Shown here: positions 11,182 to 20,007 of the stretch, piece by piece
Position numbering within the stretch: the first letter of the stretch is position 1
Layout of the letters: every line of letters begins with the position of its first letter
Assembly: GCA_963719165.1 (NCBI GenBank)
Contig: CAVRAV010000001.1
Location: 1,829,215 to 1,893,214 of the forward strand
Reading direction: 5' to 3'
Length of the DNA: 64,000 nt
Source: an uncultured Actinomycetes bacterium
GTDB lineage: Bacteria > Actinomycetota > UBA4738 > HRBIN12
The notes under the pieces: generated by a model
Told to the model about the DNA's origin: nothing
The model's input: the letters and a program-made list of their open reading frames with translations, nothing else
Database searches by the model: none
Position numbers and translations under genes: made by a program

Positions 11182-11328
11182 GGGTACAGGTCCTTCCCCT
11201 CGGCCGGGACCCTGCTCCCGGGCCTGACGATCGCGCCAGTATCGCCTTTCCTTGAATGCTCAGTCAACTTGGCGCCGCTTCGAGATCCGTTTTGACTTCG
11301 CTGGTCATGCGGGTACAGTTGCGTCGCA

Positions 11329-11396
11329 CGGTCGACCGATCGGGCCCTCCGGTCACGCATTCCTGTGTGGCGTTCAGCCGGGCCGACGACCGGTCG
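11329..11396. promoter_or_regulatory. Candidate TetR operator region: two perfect 10-bp palindromes, CGGTCGACCG (11329-11338) and CGACCGGTCG (11387-11396), in the divergent CrtI-like/TetR intergenic
   Basis: Both palindromes are read directly from the sequence. They lie between divergently transcribed genes, immediately upstream of the TetR RBS. Confidence 0.3.
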
Positions 11397-11413
11397 GCGC
11401 GGAGGAGCGACCC

Positions 11414-12040
11414 ATGGCACGCACGCGACAGAGGAACGGCAGGGATCGTCATCAGGAGATCCTCGACGCCGCGGCGCGCGTGATCACCGATCGAGGGCTC
11501 GCCGAGACCCGCATCTCCGACATCGCGGAGCGATGCGGGGTCTCTCCCGGCCTCATCCTCTATTACTTCGACTCCAAGGACCGGCTGCTCGCCGAGGCCC
11601 TGACGTCGGCCAACGACCAGTTCTATCTGCGTCTGTCCCGCGAGATGCGGCGCATGTCGTCGGCGCGGGATCAACTACTTCGCCTGGTGGAGCTGAGCGT
11701 GCCGGGTCTCCTTCCCGAGTTCGAGAGGCTGGACGAATGGGCGCTGTGGATCGAGATCTGGGTGCTTGCGCTGCGCGATCCGGAGCTTTCCAAAGAGCGA
11801 GAGGTCCTGGATCGGCGATGGCGCCAGTCGATCGCCGATATCGTGCGCCACGGACGGAGCACCGGCGAGTTCCCAGAGGGCGACGATGCCGACGATCTCG
11901 GCGTCGCGATCGGCGCCCTGATCGACGGCCTCGCGATCCCGGTCATGATGAACGATCCCGCCTTCACGCCCGAGCGCATGCGCGACATCTGCATGGACGT
12001 GGCGCTGAAGCTGATCGGCTTCACCCCCGCCGCGACCTAA
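11414..12040 (+). CDS. TetR-family transcriptional regulator
   Basis: ATG at 11414 after GGAGGAG. The N-terminal HTH is ILDAAARVITDRGLAETRISDIAERCGVSPGLILYYFDSKDRLL. It is divergent from the oxidoreductase gene. Confidence 0.85.
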   Translation: MARTRQRNGRDRHQEILDAAARVITDRGLAETRISDIAERCGVSPGLILYYFDSKDRLLAEALTSANDQFYLRLSREMRRMSSARDQLLRLVELSVPGLLPEFERLDEWALWIEIWVLALRDPELSKEREVLDRRWRQSIADIVRHGRSTGEFPEGDDADDLGVAIGALIDGLAIPVMMNDPAFTPERMRDICMDVALKLIGFTPAAT

Positions 12041-12087
12041 CGCGAGGCGCCGGCCGGCCTCGACGTCCCCGGGTAGTCTTCCTGGCC

Positions 12088-13086
12088 ATGGCCGCGACCC
12101 CGCTCGTGATGGACGTCGACACCGGTGTCGATGACGCCGTGGCTCTGCTCTTCGCCGCGTCTTCAACCGAGGTGGAGCTGATCGGCACCACCTGCGTGAT
12201 GGGCAACGTCAGCGTCGCGCAGGCGACCGAGAACACGCTGGCGGTGCTGGAGCTCGTCGGCCTCGGCGACGTCGAGGTGGCCGCGGGGGCCGCGCGGCCG
12301 CTCGTGCGCGATCACGAGCCGTTCCCCGAGGTGCACGGTGAGCGCGGGCTGGGCCGAGCCGTCCTCGCGCCGTCGCACGCGTCGCCATCGGATCGTTCCG
12401 CCGCGCAGCTCATCGTGGAGACGGTTCGCGCACGCCCCGGCGAGGTCCTCCTCGTCGCGACCGGCCCCCTCACGAACATCGCGCTCGCGGTCGCCGAGGA
12501 ACCGCGTCTGCCCGAGCTCCTCAAGGGGTTCGCCATCATGGGCGGGGCCTTCGCGCAGGCCGGCAACGTGTCGCCGGCCGCCGAGGCGAACATCTGGGTC
12601 GATCCCGAGGCCGCGCAGGCAGTGTTCCGAGCGTTCACGGGAGTCCCCGGGCCGCAGCTGCCGATCTGTGCAGGTCTCGACGTCACGGAGCGGGTGCGGA
12701 TGACGACCGCCGACGTCGACGCGGTGTGCGCCCCCGCGCCCGATACCCCGCTGGCCCGGTTCGTACGCGAGACCGTGGCGTTCTACATCGAGTTCTACGA
12801 ACGCCACGGCGACGGATCGGGGGCAGCGATGCACGACCCCCTGGCCCTGGCCATCGCCCTCGATGGCTCGCTTGCCGAGCTCGTAAGCACGCGCGTCGAG
12901 GTGGAGTGCGAAGGTCGCTGGACCCGGGGCATGACCGTCACCGACCTCGCTGACGTACGTCATTCGCCCTGGGCGATGGGCTGGCAACCCGCCGAGAACG
13001 CGCGGGTCGCCCTCTCGGTCGATGCGGAGCGCGCCTCCGCCCGCCTCATGGAACGGCTGCGGGGGTTGGTCGAGGCCCGGGCGTGA
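12088..13086 (+). CDS. Nucleoside hydrolase (inosine-uridine preferring, IU-NH family)
   Basis: MAATPLVMDVDTGVDDAVALL contains the DxDxxxDD motif. The ORF is 332 aa. Confidence 0.85.
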   Translation: MAATPLVMDVDTGVDDAVALLFAASSTEVELIGTTCVMGNVSVAQATENTLAVLELVGLGDVEVAAGAARPLVRDHEPFPEVHGERGLGRAVLAPSHASPSDRSAAQLIVETVRARPGEVLLVATGPLTNIALAVAEEPRLPELLKGFAIMGGAFAQAGNVSPAAEANIWVDPEAAQAVFRAFTGVPGPQLPICAGLDVTERVRMTTADVDAVCAPAPDTPLARFVRETVAFYIEFYERHGDGSGAAMHDPLALAIALDGSLAELVSTRVEVECEGRWTRGMTVTDLADVRHSPWAMGWQPAENARVALSVDAERASARLMERLRGLVEARA

Positions 13087-13955
13087 ACACCGGTTCGCTC
13101 GCCGTGATCGGCGCCATCAACGTGGACCTCGTCGTGACGGGTGCGCGCCTGCCGGTGCCCGGCGAGACGGTGGTGGGCGGAACGTTCGCCCAACACCACG
13201 GAGGCAAGGGCGGCAACCAGGCGGTGGCGGCGTCGCGCGCGGGCGCGGGCGACGTCGCCATGATCGGCGCGGTGGGCGACGATGCGTTCGGGGCCGCCTC
13301 GTTGGCCGCGCTCGAGGAGGACGGCGTCGACGTCGGTCACGTGGCGCGCGTCGGCGGATCGGCGACGGGGGTCGCGCTGATCGCCGTGAACGCCACCGGG
13401 GAGAACCAGATCTCGGTGGCCCCCGGCGCCAACGAGATGCTCGCCGCGGCCCGAGTGACGGCGGCGCTCGCCGACGTGGCTCCCTCCGTGGTGCTGGTGA
13501 GCCTGGAGGTGCCCCTCCAGGCCGCCCGCGCCGCTGGCGCGTGGGCGCGGGAGCGGGGTGTGACGCTCGTGCTCAATCCGGCCCCGGCGGGAACGGCCGT
13601 GGCCGCGCTGCTGCCGTTCGCGTCCGTGGTGACCCCCAACGAGGGCGAAGCGTCGGCCCTGGGCGCGCCCCCTTCGGGCGTCGTGGTCGTGCAGACGCGC
13701 GGAGCCGCCGGAGCAACGATCGTGCGCGAGGGCGCCCGCGTCGACGTCCCCGCGCCGGCGGTGCGGGTCGTGGATACCACGGGTGCGGGCGATTGCTTCA
13801 ACGGCGTCCTCGCCGTCTCCCTGGGGGAAGGCCGTGAGCTGCTGGAGGCCGTGGAACGGGCCGTCACCGCCGCCGCGCTCGCAGTCACCGCGGCGGGGGC
13901 TCGCGCCGGGATGCCTACGCGCGAGACCCTGGACCTCGAGCTCACGTCCGGCTGA
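13083..13955 (+). CDS. rbsK: Ribokinase
   Basis: The GTG start overlaps the upstream stop (GTGA). LAVIGAINVDLVV...GGKGGNQAVAA...DTTGAGDCFNG are PfkB/ribokinase signatures. Confidence 0.8.
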   Translation: MNTGSLAVIGAINVDLVVTGARLPVPGETVVGGTFAQHHGGKGGNQAVAASRAGAGDVAMIGAVGDDAFGAASLAALEEDGVDVGHVARVGGSATGVALIAVNATGENQISVAPGANEMLAAARVTAALADVAPSVVLVSLEVPLQAARAAGAWARERGVTLVLNPAPAGTAVAALLPFASVVTPNEGEASALGAPPSGVVVVQTRGAAGATIVREGARVDVPAPAVRVVDTTGAGDCFNGVLAVSLGEGRELLEAVERAVTAAALAVTAAGARAGMPTRETLDLELTSG

Positions 13956-13984
13956 ACGCGTTTCGAACGCGCGCCGTGCAGCGG

Positions 13985-14875
13985 TCAGCCGCGCTGAGCC
14001 CTCGCCCAGGCGGCCACGAGCTCGCGACCGGAGGCTCCGTCGGGATCCTTCTGCGGGTTGTAGCACCCGAACGAGGCGCCGATCAGCCCCGGTGATGACG
14101 CGAGCGGACGCAGCACGGTGAGGAGCTCGTCCCAGGTCATCCCGCCCGGCATCAGATAGTCCGTGGCCGGAAACACCGCTTCATCCAGGACGTCCACGTC
14201 GAGGTGCAGCCAGAAGCCGCCCGGAAGGGCCGCCAGTCCCTCCGCGATGGTGTCTGCCACGTCCGCCGCCGACCCGTCGGCCCGAAGCGCGTCCAGCGAG
14301 AACAACCCCACCCCACGGTCCAGGGTTCCCTCGTCGTGGAGCTTCCGGAGGTTGGCGTACTCGTCGTGATCGCGGTACCCGATCAGGTTCACGTCGGTGC
14401 CGGCCACGGACGCCCCACCGGCCGCCTCCACCCATGCGGCCGGCCCGAACCCGAGCGCCACGCTCACCGGCATATCGGCGGCCTCCCCGGTCGGCGAAGA
14501 CTCACCGTCGTAGACATCGAGGTGCCCGTCGAGGTAGGCGAGGCCGATGCGACCGCGTGCGTCGCGGGCGCCCGCAAGCGCGCCGGGAAGCTCCGCGCAG
14601 CAGCCGCCGGCCAGGAACGGGCGGTGGCCGCGCGTGAGGGAGGCGGCGACGGCCCCACGGAGCGCGGCCGTCGTGGCCAGCACGTCGGCGCTGCCCACGA
14701 TGCCGGTGGCGCCGTCACGCTCCTCGCCGCGGATGCTGACGGGGAGGTCGCCGGCGTCGCCTCCCCCGAGCACCTCCACCAGACCGTGTTCGCGCAAGGC
14801 CGCGGGCCCGTGCTCGGTGCCGCCGGCGCGCCCCACCGAATCGATGGGCACGCCGATGAACGTCATCCGCTCCAT
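13985..14875 (-). CDS. Arginase/agmatinase/formiminoglutamase-family ureohydrolase
   Basis: FIGVPIDSVGRAGGTEHGPAALRE...DGHLDVYD...HLDVDVLDEA is the arginase-fold metal-binding pattern. Confidence 0.7.
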   Translation of the reverse strand: MERMTFIGVPIDSVGRAGGTEHGPAALREHGLVEVLGGGDAGDLPVSIRGEERDGATGIVGSADVLATTAALRGAVAASLTRGHRPFLAGGCCAELPGALAGARDARGRIGLAYLDGHLDVYDGESSPTGEAADMPVSVALGFGPAAWVEAAGGASVAGTDVNLIGYRDHDEYANLRKLHDEGTLDRGVGLFSLDALRADGSAADVADTIAEGLAALPGGFWLHLDVDVLDEAVFPATDYLMPGGMTWDELLTVLRPLASSPGLIGASFGCYNPQKDPDGASGRELVAAWARAQRG

Positions 14876-14926
14876 GGAGCGTTCAACGATACAAGCGCGT
14901 CCACGGATCTTCGAGGAGTTCCTCGT

Positions 14927-17392
14927 TCAGCCCCGCAGGTGCTCGCCGCGCGGGTCGTGGAACGCCGCCGCCTGCACCGCGGCCGGAACGACCTCGCCGC
15001 GGATCTCCACGGCCCACCCGGCGCCGTCGGGATCCCCACGGATCCACGCTAGGGCGGCCGACCCCCCCAGGGTAGGGGCCACGGAGCCGGACGTGACGTG
15101 CCCGAGTCGCTCTCCGTCGCGCACCACGGACTCCCCGTGCCACAGGACGGCGTCGGGCACGTGCAGTGAGACCAGCCGGCGCTCCCGCGGGCCGAGCGAG
15201 GCCGCGGCCAACGCGTCCCTGCCCACGAAGACCCCGTCGAGGTGCACCGCGAACCCGAGCCCCGCGGCGTAGGCGTCGTCGAGGGGTCCCATGTCGTGAC
15301 CCCACGAGCGGAAGCCTCGCTCGATCCGGGCGGCATCGAACGCGAACGCGCCCGCGTGCCGCAGTCCGAGATCGGCGCCCGCGCCCACGATGCGGTCGTA
15401 CAGATCGCTCACGAACTCCGTCGGCACGTACAGCTCCCAGCCGAGCTCCCCGGTGTAGGACAGCCGCAGGGCCCACGCCTTCGTCCACCCCACCTCGATC
15501 TCGCGCGCGGTCATGAACCCGAAGGCCTCGTGGGAAAGATCCTCCTCCGACACGCGGCCCAGCAGCTCACGCGACGCGGGGCCGGCGAGGTGCAACACCG
15601 CCCACCCGCTCGTGACGTCGGTGACGGTGGCGCCGGCCGGGAGCCCGGTTCGCAACAGCATCTCCGTGCGCCGCTGCGCGGACGTCGGCGCCACCACGAG
15701 GAACCGATCCTCGCCGAGGCGCGTCACCGTGGGATCCATCTCGATCCCGCCGCGTTCGTTGCACAGCAGCGTGTACACGACGCGGCCGACCGCAAGGTCC
15801 ACGGCGGAGGCGCACAGGCGCTCGAGCCCCGCCGCCGCCTCGGGCCCCTGGACCACGAACTTGGCGTACGAGGAGAGGTCGTACATCGCCACCGCCTCTC
15901 GCGTGGCCCGCACCTCCTGTGCCAACGCCGGGAACCACGACGGCTCCGTGAACGAATACCTCGCCGGTGGATCAAGGACTCCGGGCTGGAACCAGTTCAC
16001 GCGCTCCCATCCCGCCGCCTCGCCGAAGGCGGCGCCCGCCGCCCTGAGCCGGTCGTACAGCGGCACGCGCCGAACGCCGCGGGCGGTCACGGGCTGCTTG
16101 CCCGGCCAATGCATCTCGTAGAGTCCGCCCAGCGATTCGACGGTGCGCACGTGCATCCACGATCGATCGTTCGCCCACCGGCCCATGCGCGCGACATCGA
16201 CGTCGGCGACATCCATCGTGGGATGCCCCGCCACGATCCACTCGGCGGCCGCCCTTCCGGCGCCGGGTGCGTAGATGACCCCCTGCGAGTTGAATCCCGC
16301 CGCCACGAAGAGGCCGGGGACCTCCGGCACGTACCCGAGCTGGAAGTTCGCGTCGGGCGTGAAGCTCTCCGGGGCGCGCAGGTAGTGGGAGAACCCGATC
16401 CGCTCCAGCTCGGGCACGCGTTCACGCGCCGCTCGCAGGACCGGCGCGAAGTGATCCCAGTCGGGCCCGAACTCCACGAACCCCTCGGTGCCGATCTCGG
16501 CGACCCGCTTTGGCTTGCCCTGGGGTTCGAACGCGCCGATCAGGTACCGCCCGCCGTAGTGGCGGATGTACAGGTAGCCGTCGAGATCGCGCAAGAAGGG
16601 CGCCCGCTCGCGCGCGCCCTCGCTTCGTTCCGTCATGACCCAGACGTGCTCTGCCGGGTAGAGGGCCACGCTCGCGCCCACCTTCCGCGCGAGCTCCGAG
16701 GTCCACAGCCCGGCAGCGAGCACCACGGTCTCGGCCTCGATGACGCCTCGGGAGGTCACGACGCCCGCGACGCGACCGCGGTCCATGATGAAGCCTTCCA
16801 CCGCGGTCTCGGGGACGTAGCACGCCCCGCGGTCAATGGATCCCTTCGCGAAGGCGAGCGCAGCGCCGCCGGGATTCACGGTGCCGTCGGTGGGGAAGTT
16901 CACGGCGCCGTGAAGATCCTCGACGTTGGCGGCGGGCCAGCACGCCTTGATGCCTCCGCGGTCGAGGACCTCGACGTCGATCCCGAAGTCCTTGGCGAGC
17001 GCGACGCCGTAGAGGGCCTCCTGCAGACGGCCTGCCGTTCGCGCGATCGTCATGGCTCCGTGTCTGCGCATGCCTGTCTCCACGCCCGTCTCGGCAGGCA
17101 GTCGTTCGTAGGTCGTGGCGTTGTCCTTGGTGAGCGCCGTGAGCGCGTGGTTGGCCCGGATCTGCGAGACGAGGCCGGCCGCGTGCCAAGTGGTGCCGTT
17201 GGTCAACCGCCCCCGCTCCAGCATCACGACGTCGGTCTCGCCTGCTCGGGTGAGGTGATAGGCGATGCTCGAACCGATGATCCCGCCTCCCACGATCACC
17301 ACCCGGGCCCGCCCCGGCAGCTCGCGGCGCGGGGCGAGCACCGTGGCCGCGTCGAGGTCGCGGTCGGCGAGACGCTCGGCGATGGGGGTCAT
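14927..17392 (-). CDS. Dimethylglycine/sarcosine dehydrogenase-family flavoenzyme (FAD oxidoreductase fused to a GcvT-like aminomethyltransferase domain)
   Basis: 821 aa. VVIVGGGIIGSSIAYHL marks the FAD site. The C-terminal GcvT domain has ...YTGELGWELYVP.... The ORF is clean. Confidence 0.85.
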   Translation of the reverse strand: MTPIAERLADRDLDAATVLAPRRELPGRARVVIVGGGIIGSSIAYHLTRAGETDVVMLERGRLTNGTTWHAAGLVSQIRANHALTALTKDNATTYERLPAETGVETGMRRHGAMTIARTAGRLQEALYGVALAKDFGIDVEVLDRGGIKACWPAANVEDLHGAVNFPTDGTVNPGGAALAFAKGSIDRGACYVPETAVEGFIMDRGRVAGVVTSRGVIEAETVVLAAGLWTSELARKVGASVALYPAEHVWVMTERSEGARERAPFLRDLDGYLYIRHYGGRYLIGAFEPQGKPKRVAEIGTEGFVEFGPDWDHFAPVLRAARERVPELERIGFSHYLRAPESFTPDANFQLGYVPEVPGLFVAAGFNSQGVIYAPGAGRAAAEWIVAGHPTMDVADVDVARMGRWANDRSWMHVRTVESLGGLYEMHWPGKQPVTARGVRRVPLYDRLRAAGAAFGEAAGWERVNWFQPGVLDPPARYSFTEPSWFPALAQEVRATREAVAMYDLSSYAKFVVQGPEAAAGLERLCASAVDLAVGRVVYTLLCNERGGIEMDPTVTRLGEDRFLVVAPTSAQRRTEMLLRTGLPAGATVTDVTSGWAVLHLAGPASRELLGRVSEEDLSHEAFGFMTAREIEVGWTKAWALRLSYTGELGWELYVPTEFVSDLYDRIVGAGADLGLRHAGAFAFDAARIERGFRSWGHDMGPLDDAYAAGLGFAVHLDGVFVGRDALAAASLGPRERRLVSLHVPDAVLWHGESVVRDGERLGHVTSGSVAPTLGGSAALAWIRGDPDGAGWAVEIRGEVVPAAVQAAAFHDPRGEHLRG

Positions 17393-17400
17393 GGACAGCG

Positions 17401-18609
17401 CTACGCGGCCAGGGCACCAACGATGGCGGCGAAGGCCGCGAACTGGAGGCGCTCCAGCTCCGGATCATCGGCGACCGGGAGCGACGAGAACTTCGCGATC
17501 ACGGTATCCGAGGGAGGGTGCACGGCGACGAACTGCCCCTCGATCCCGATCGCCGCGTAGAAGGGCGTGTGGGGATCGAAGACCCACCACTTGTTCCGGT
17601 AATGGCTGTGGGGGAACATCGGATCCGGCTCGGCCGCGCCCGCGTAGGCGGCCGCCCCGTCGGGCGCGCCCGCGATCGTGTCCGCCACCCACGCCGCCGG
17701 GACGAGTTGGCGCCCGTCGGGGCCCGCGCCGCCGCGCACCCACACCTGTCCGAAGCGCGCGAGGTCGCGCAGCGATGCGCTCATACCGCCCGACGCCATC
17801 GCGGCCCCGGCACGGTCCAACGCGATGCAGGCCTCGACCTCCGCGCCCATCGGCACCCAAAGCTCCCGGCCGATCAGTTCCGGGAGCCGGGCTCCTCCCG
17901 CGCGCTCCACGACCCAGCCGAGCATGGAAGTGACGACCGAGCGATAGTCGAACGCCCCGCCGTGCTCGCGGTCGTTCTCGAGCCCCACGAGATACGCGTG
18001 GGTATCGGGATCGTGCCGATCGTAGGAGGGACCCATGCCGTTCGCCACGGAGTACCTGCCCATGTCGCCGTCCATGTCGTCGTAGACCTCGTCGAATCGG
18101 GTCCCCGTGCGCATGTCGAGCAGATGCTGGATCGTGGCCCCGGCCCACGACGTTCCCGCCGCCTCGGGCACCACTTCGGCCACGGCGGCATCCACGCTCA
18201 GGTCCCCCCGACCCACCAAGATCCCGGCGATCGAGGCGACCACGGACTTGGTGGTGGAGAACATCACGTGCGTGTTCCGGGGGCCGAAGCCGTTCGCATA
18301 TCGCTCGGTCACCACCTCGCCACGGTGCAGGACGAGGAACCCATCCGTGTACGTCGTCTCGAGCATCTCGCCGACCGTCCAGGTGGCTCCATCGAAGTCA
18401 AAGGCGATGTCGTCGAGCCTCCGCTCGGCGCGCGGGAGCGGCTCGGGTGCCTCGGCGGCCGGGATCGGCGCCGTGGGGACGACCTCTCGAAGATGCTGGA
18501 GGCTCCAACGGTTGAACGGGGGCAGCAGCCAGTTCTCGAGTGTGACGAGTCGCTCACCTGGCGGGGGCGTGCCGCGCATCAGCCCCAGCTCGTCGGCCGT
18601 CGCCGGCAT
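17401..18609 (-). CDS. Serine hydrolase (class C beta-lactamase/esterase family)
   Basis: ATG at 18609 with a GGAGCGAGGG SD. The SxxK motif is at MFSTTKSV. The ORF is about 400 aa and ends 9 bp before the downstream DMGDH-like start. Confidence 0.7.
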   Translation of the reverse strand: MPATADELGLMRGTPPPGERLVTLENWLLPPFNRWSLQHLREVVPTAPIPAAEAPEPLPRAERRLDDIAFDFDGATWTVGEMLETTYTDGFLVLHRGEVVTERYANGFGPRNTHVMFSTTKSVVASIAGILVGRGDLSVDAAVAEVVPEAAGTSWAGATIQHLLDMRTGTRFDEVYDDMDGDMGRYSVANGMGPSYDRHDPDTHAYLVGLENDREHGGAFDYRSVVTSMLGWVVERAGGARLPELIGRELWVPMGAEVEACIALDRAGAAMASGGMSASLRDLARFGQVWVRGGAGPDGRQLVPAAWVADTIAGAPDGAAAYAGAAEPDPMFPHSHYRNKWWVFDPHTPFYAAIGIEGQFVAVHPPSDTVIAKFSSLPVADDPELERLQFAAFAAIVGALAA

Positions 18610-18677
18610 CCCTCGCTCCACGATCTGTCCGCGCCTCCCCGGGTCGGTGGGGGAGCCTACCGCGCTCGGGTCGCTGC

Positions 18678-19844
18678 TCACCCCAGGGTCGGGCGGCCCA
18701 TGGCCCGACGCCACTCCTCGTTGAACCAGTAGAGGAAACGGTCCTGCCGTGGGTACACGCCGCGCGTGAACGCGCGGGAGCTCACGCCGGTCTGCGCACG
18801 TTCGCACGCCACCCAATCCTGCTTGCTGATCAGGTCCCACAGTTCGACGGTGGGCTCGGGCTTGAACAGGGCGGGGTCCGCGATCGTCTCGGGACGGAAG
18901 AGGAACTCGCTCACGACGGTGGTGTGGTCGGGACCCTTCGGGTACCCGATGTAGTACATCCCGGCGTCGGGGTGCAGGTTCAGCATCAGGTTCGGGAACT
19001 GGTAGGTGCCGTAGTACATCTCGTAGTCCTCGGGCTGGAGATCCGGCAACCGCGGCAGCTCGGATGTCCCCGTCGTGGTGAAGGATGTCGCACCCTCGAC
19101 CATGCGGTTCCCGTCGTCGGGGATCTCCTCGTCCCAGACCTCGCCGAACCGGAAGAGCGGGATGACCTGCACGAGCTCGGGATGGATCTGCGGGCAGTGG
19201 AGGCACTCGTTGTAGTTCTCCACCACGATCTTCCAGTTGGCCTTCACCTCGTAGACGAGGCGCACCCCCACCCGCAGCTCGTCCATCTTGAAACGATCGA
19301 ACGCGGTGATGGTCTCGGCGCCGCTGTTCAACGACTCCACGAGCGTCTGCTTCGGGCCATCCGTCGACAGGTTCACGAACAGGAAGCCGGCGTACGTATC
19401 GACGGCGATGTCGTACAGGGGGTGGTCACCGCGATCGAAGTGCTCGTCCTCCCTGACGTTCGGCGAGCCGATCAGCTGCCCGTTGAGGTCGAACGTCCAC
19501 GCGTGGTAAGGGCACACGATGGCCTTGCGAACGCTCGCCGTGCCCTCGACGTCGTCGAGGAACTTCGTCCCGCGATGGCTGCAGACGTTGTAGAAGGCGC
19601 GCAGCTGACCGTCCTCGTTCCGCGTGATGAAGATCGACTCGCCCGCGACATCGCGCACGACGTAGTCGCCGGCGTTCGAGATCTCCTCGGTGCGGCCCAC
19701 GCAGATCCACTGGCCCCACCAGATCCTCTCGCGCTCGTCCTGCCATACCTGCGGACTCGCGTAGTCGGCGCTGCCGAGCGTCGGGCGCGGTACCCACTCG
19801 GATCCGTCGTTGCGGATCTTGATCTCTTGTTCGGTCTTGGCCAT
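18678..19844 (-). CDS. Rieske [2Fe-2S] non-heme-iron oxygenase alpha subunit (GbcA/CntA/Stc2-like, alpha-only type)
   Basis: ATG at 19844 after GGAGG. Rieske motifs are CSHRG...CPYHAW. Mononuclear-iron motif is NYNECLHCPQIHP. The ORF is 388 aa. There is no beta subunit or reductase gene in the window. Confidence 0.8.
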   Translation of the reverse strand: MAKTEQEIKIRNDGSEWVPRPTLGSADYASPQVWQDERERIWWGQWICVGRTEEISNAGDYVVRDVAGESIFITRNEDGQLRAFYNVCSHRGTKFLDDVEGTASVRKAIVCPYHAWTFDLNGQLIGSPNVREDEHFDRGDHPLYDIAVDTYAGFLFVNLSTDGPKQTLVESLNSGAETITAFDRFKMDELRVGVRLVYEVKANWKIVVENYNECLHCPQIHPELVQVIPLFRFGEVWDEEIPDDGNRMVEGATSFTTTGTSELPRLPDLQPEDYEMYYGTYQFPNLMLNLHPDAGMYYIGYPKGPDHTTVVSEFLFRPETIADPALFKPEPTVELWDLISKQDWVACERAQTGVSSRAFTRGVYPRQDRFLYWFNEEWRRAMGRPTLG

Positions 19845-20007
19845 GCGGGCGGTCCTCCGGGACTGGTCGGGTCCCGTCCAGGATAAGCGGGAGGGAGCCG
19901 TGGTGATTGGCGCCGCAGCAGAGCGGCGGCGCCGCAGCGTCCCGGGCAGCGCCCTGCCGTACAGTCGTGGAACCGTTCGAACGATCGCCGTCGAAGAAGG
20001 GGGCCCT

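Noticed and set aside
13956-13972. Short inverted repeat CGCGTT-tcg-AACGCG between the convergent ribokinase and arginase-family genes, as a bidirectional terminator.
   Set aside because: Only a 6-bp stem and a 3-nt loop with no U-tract. It is too weak to call.
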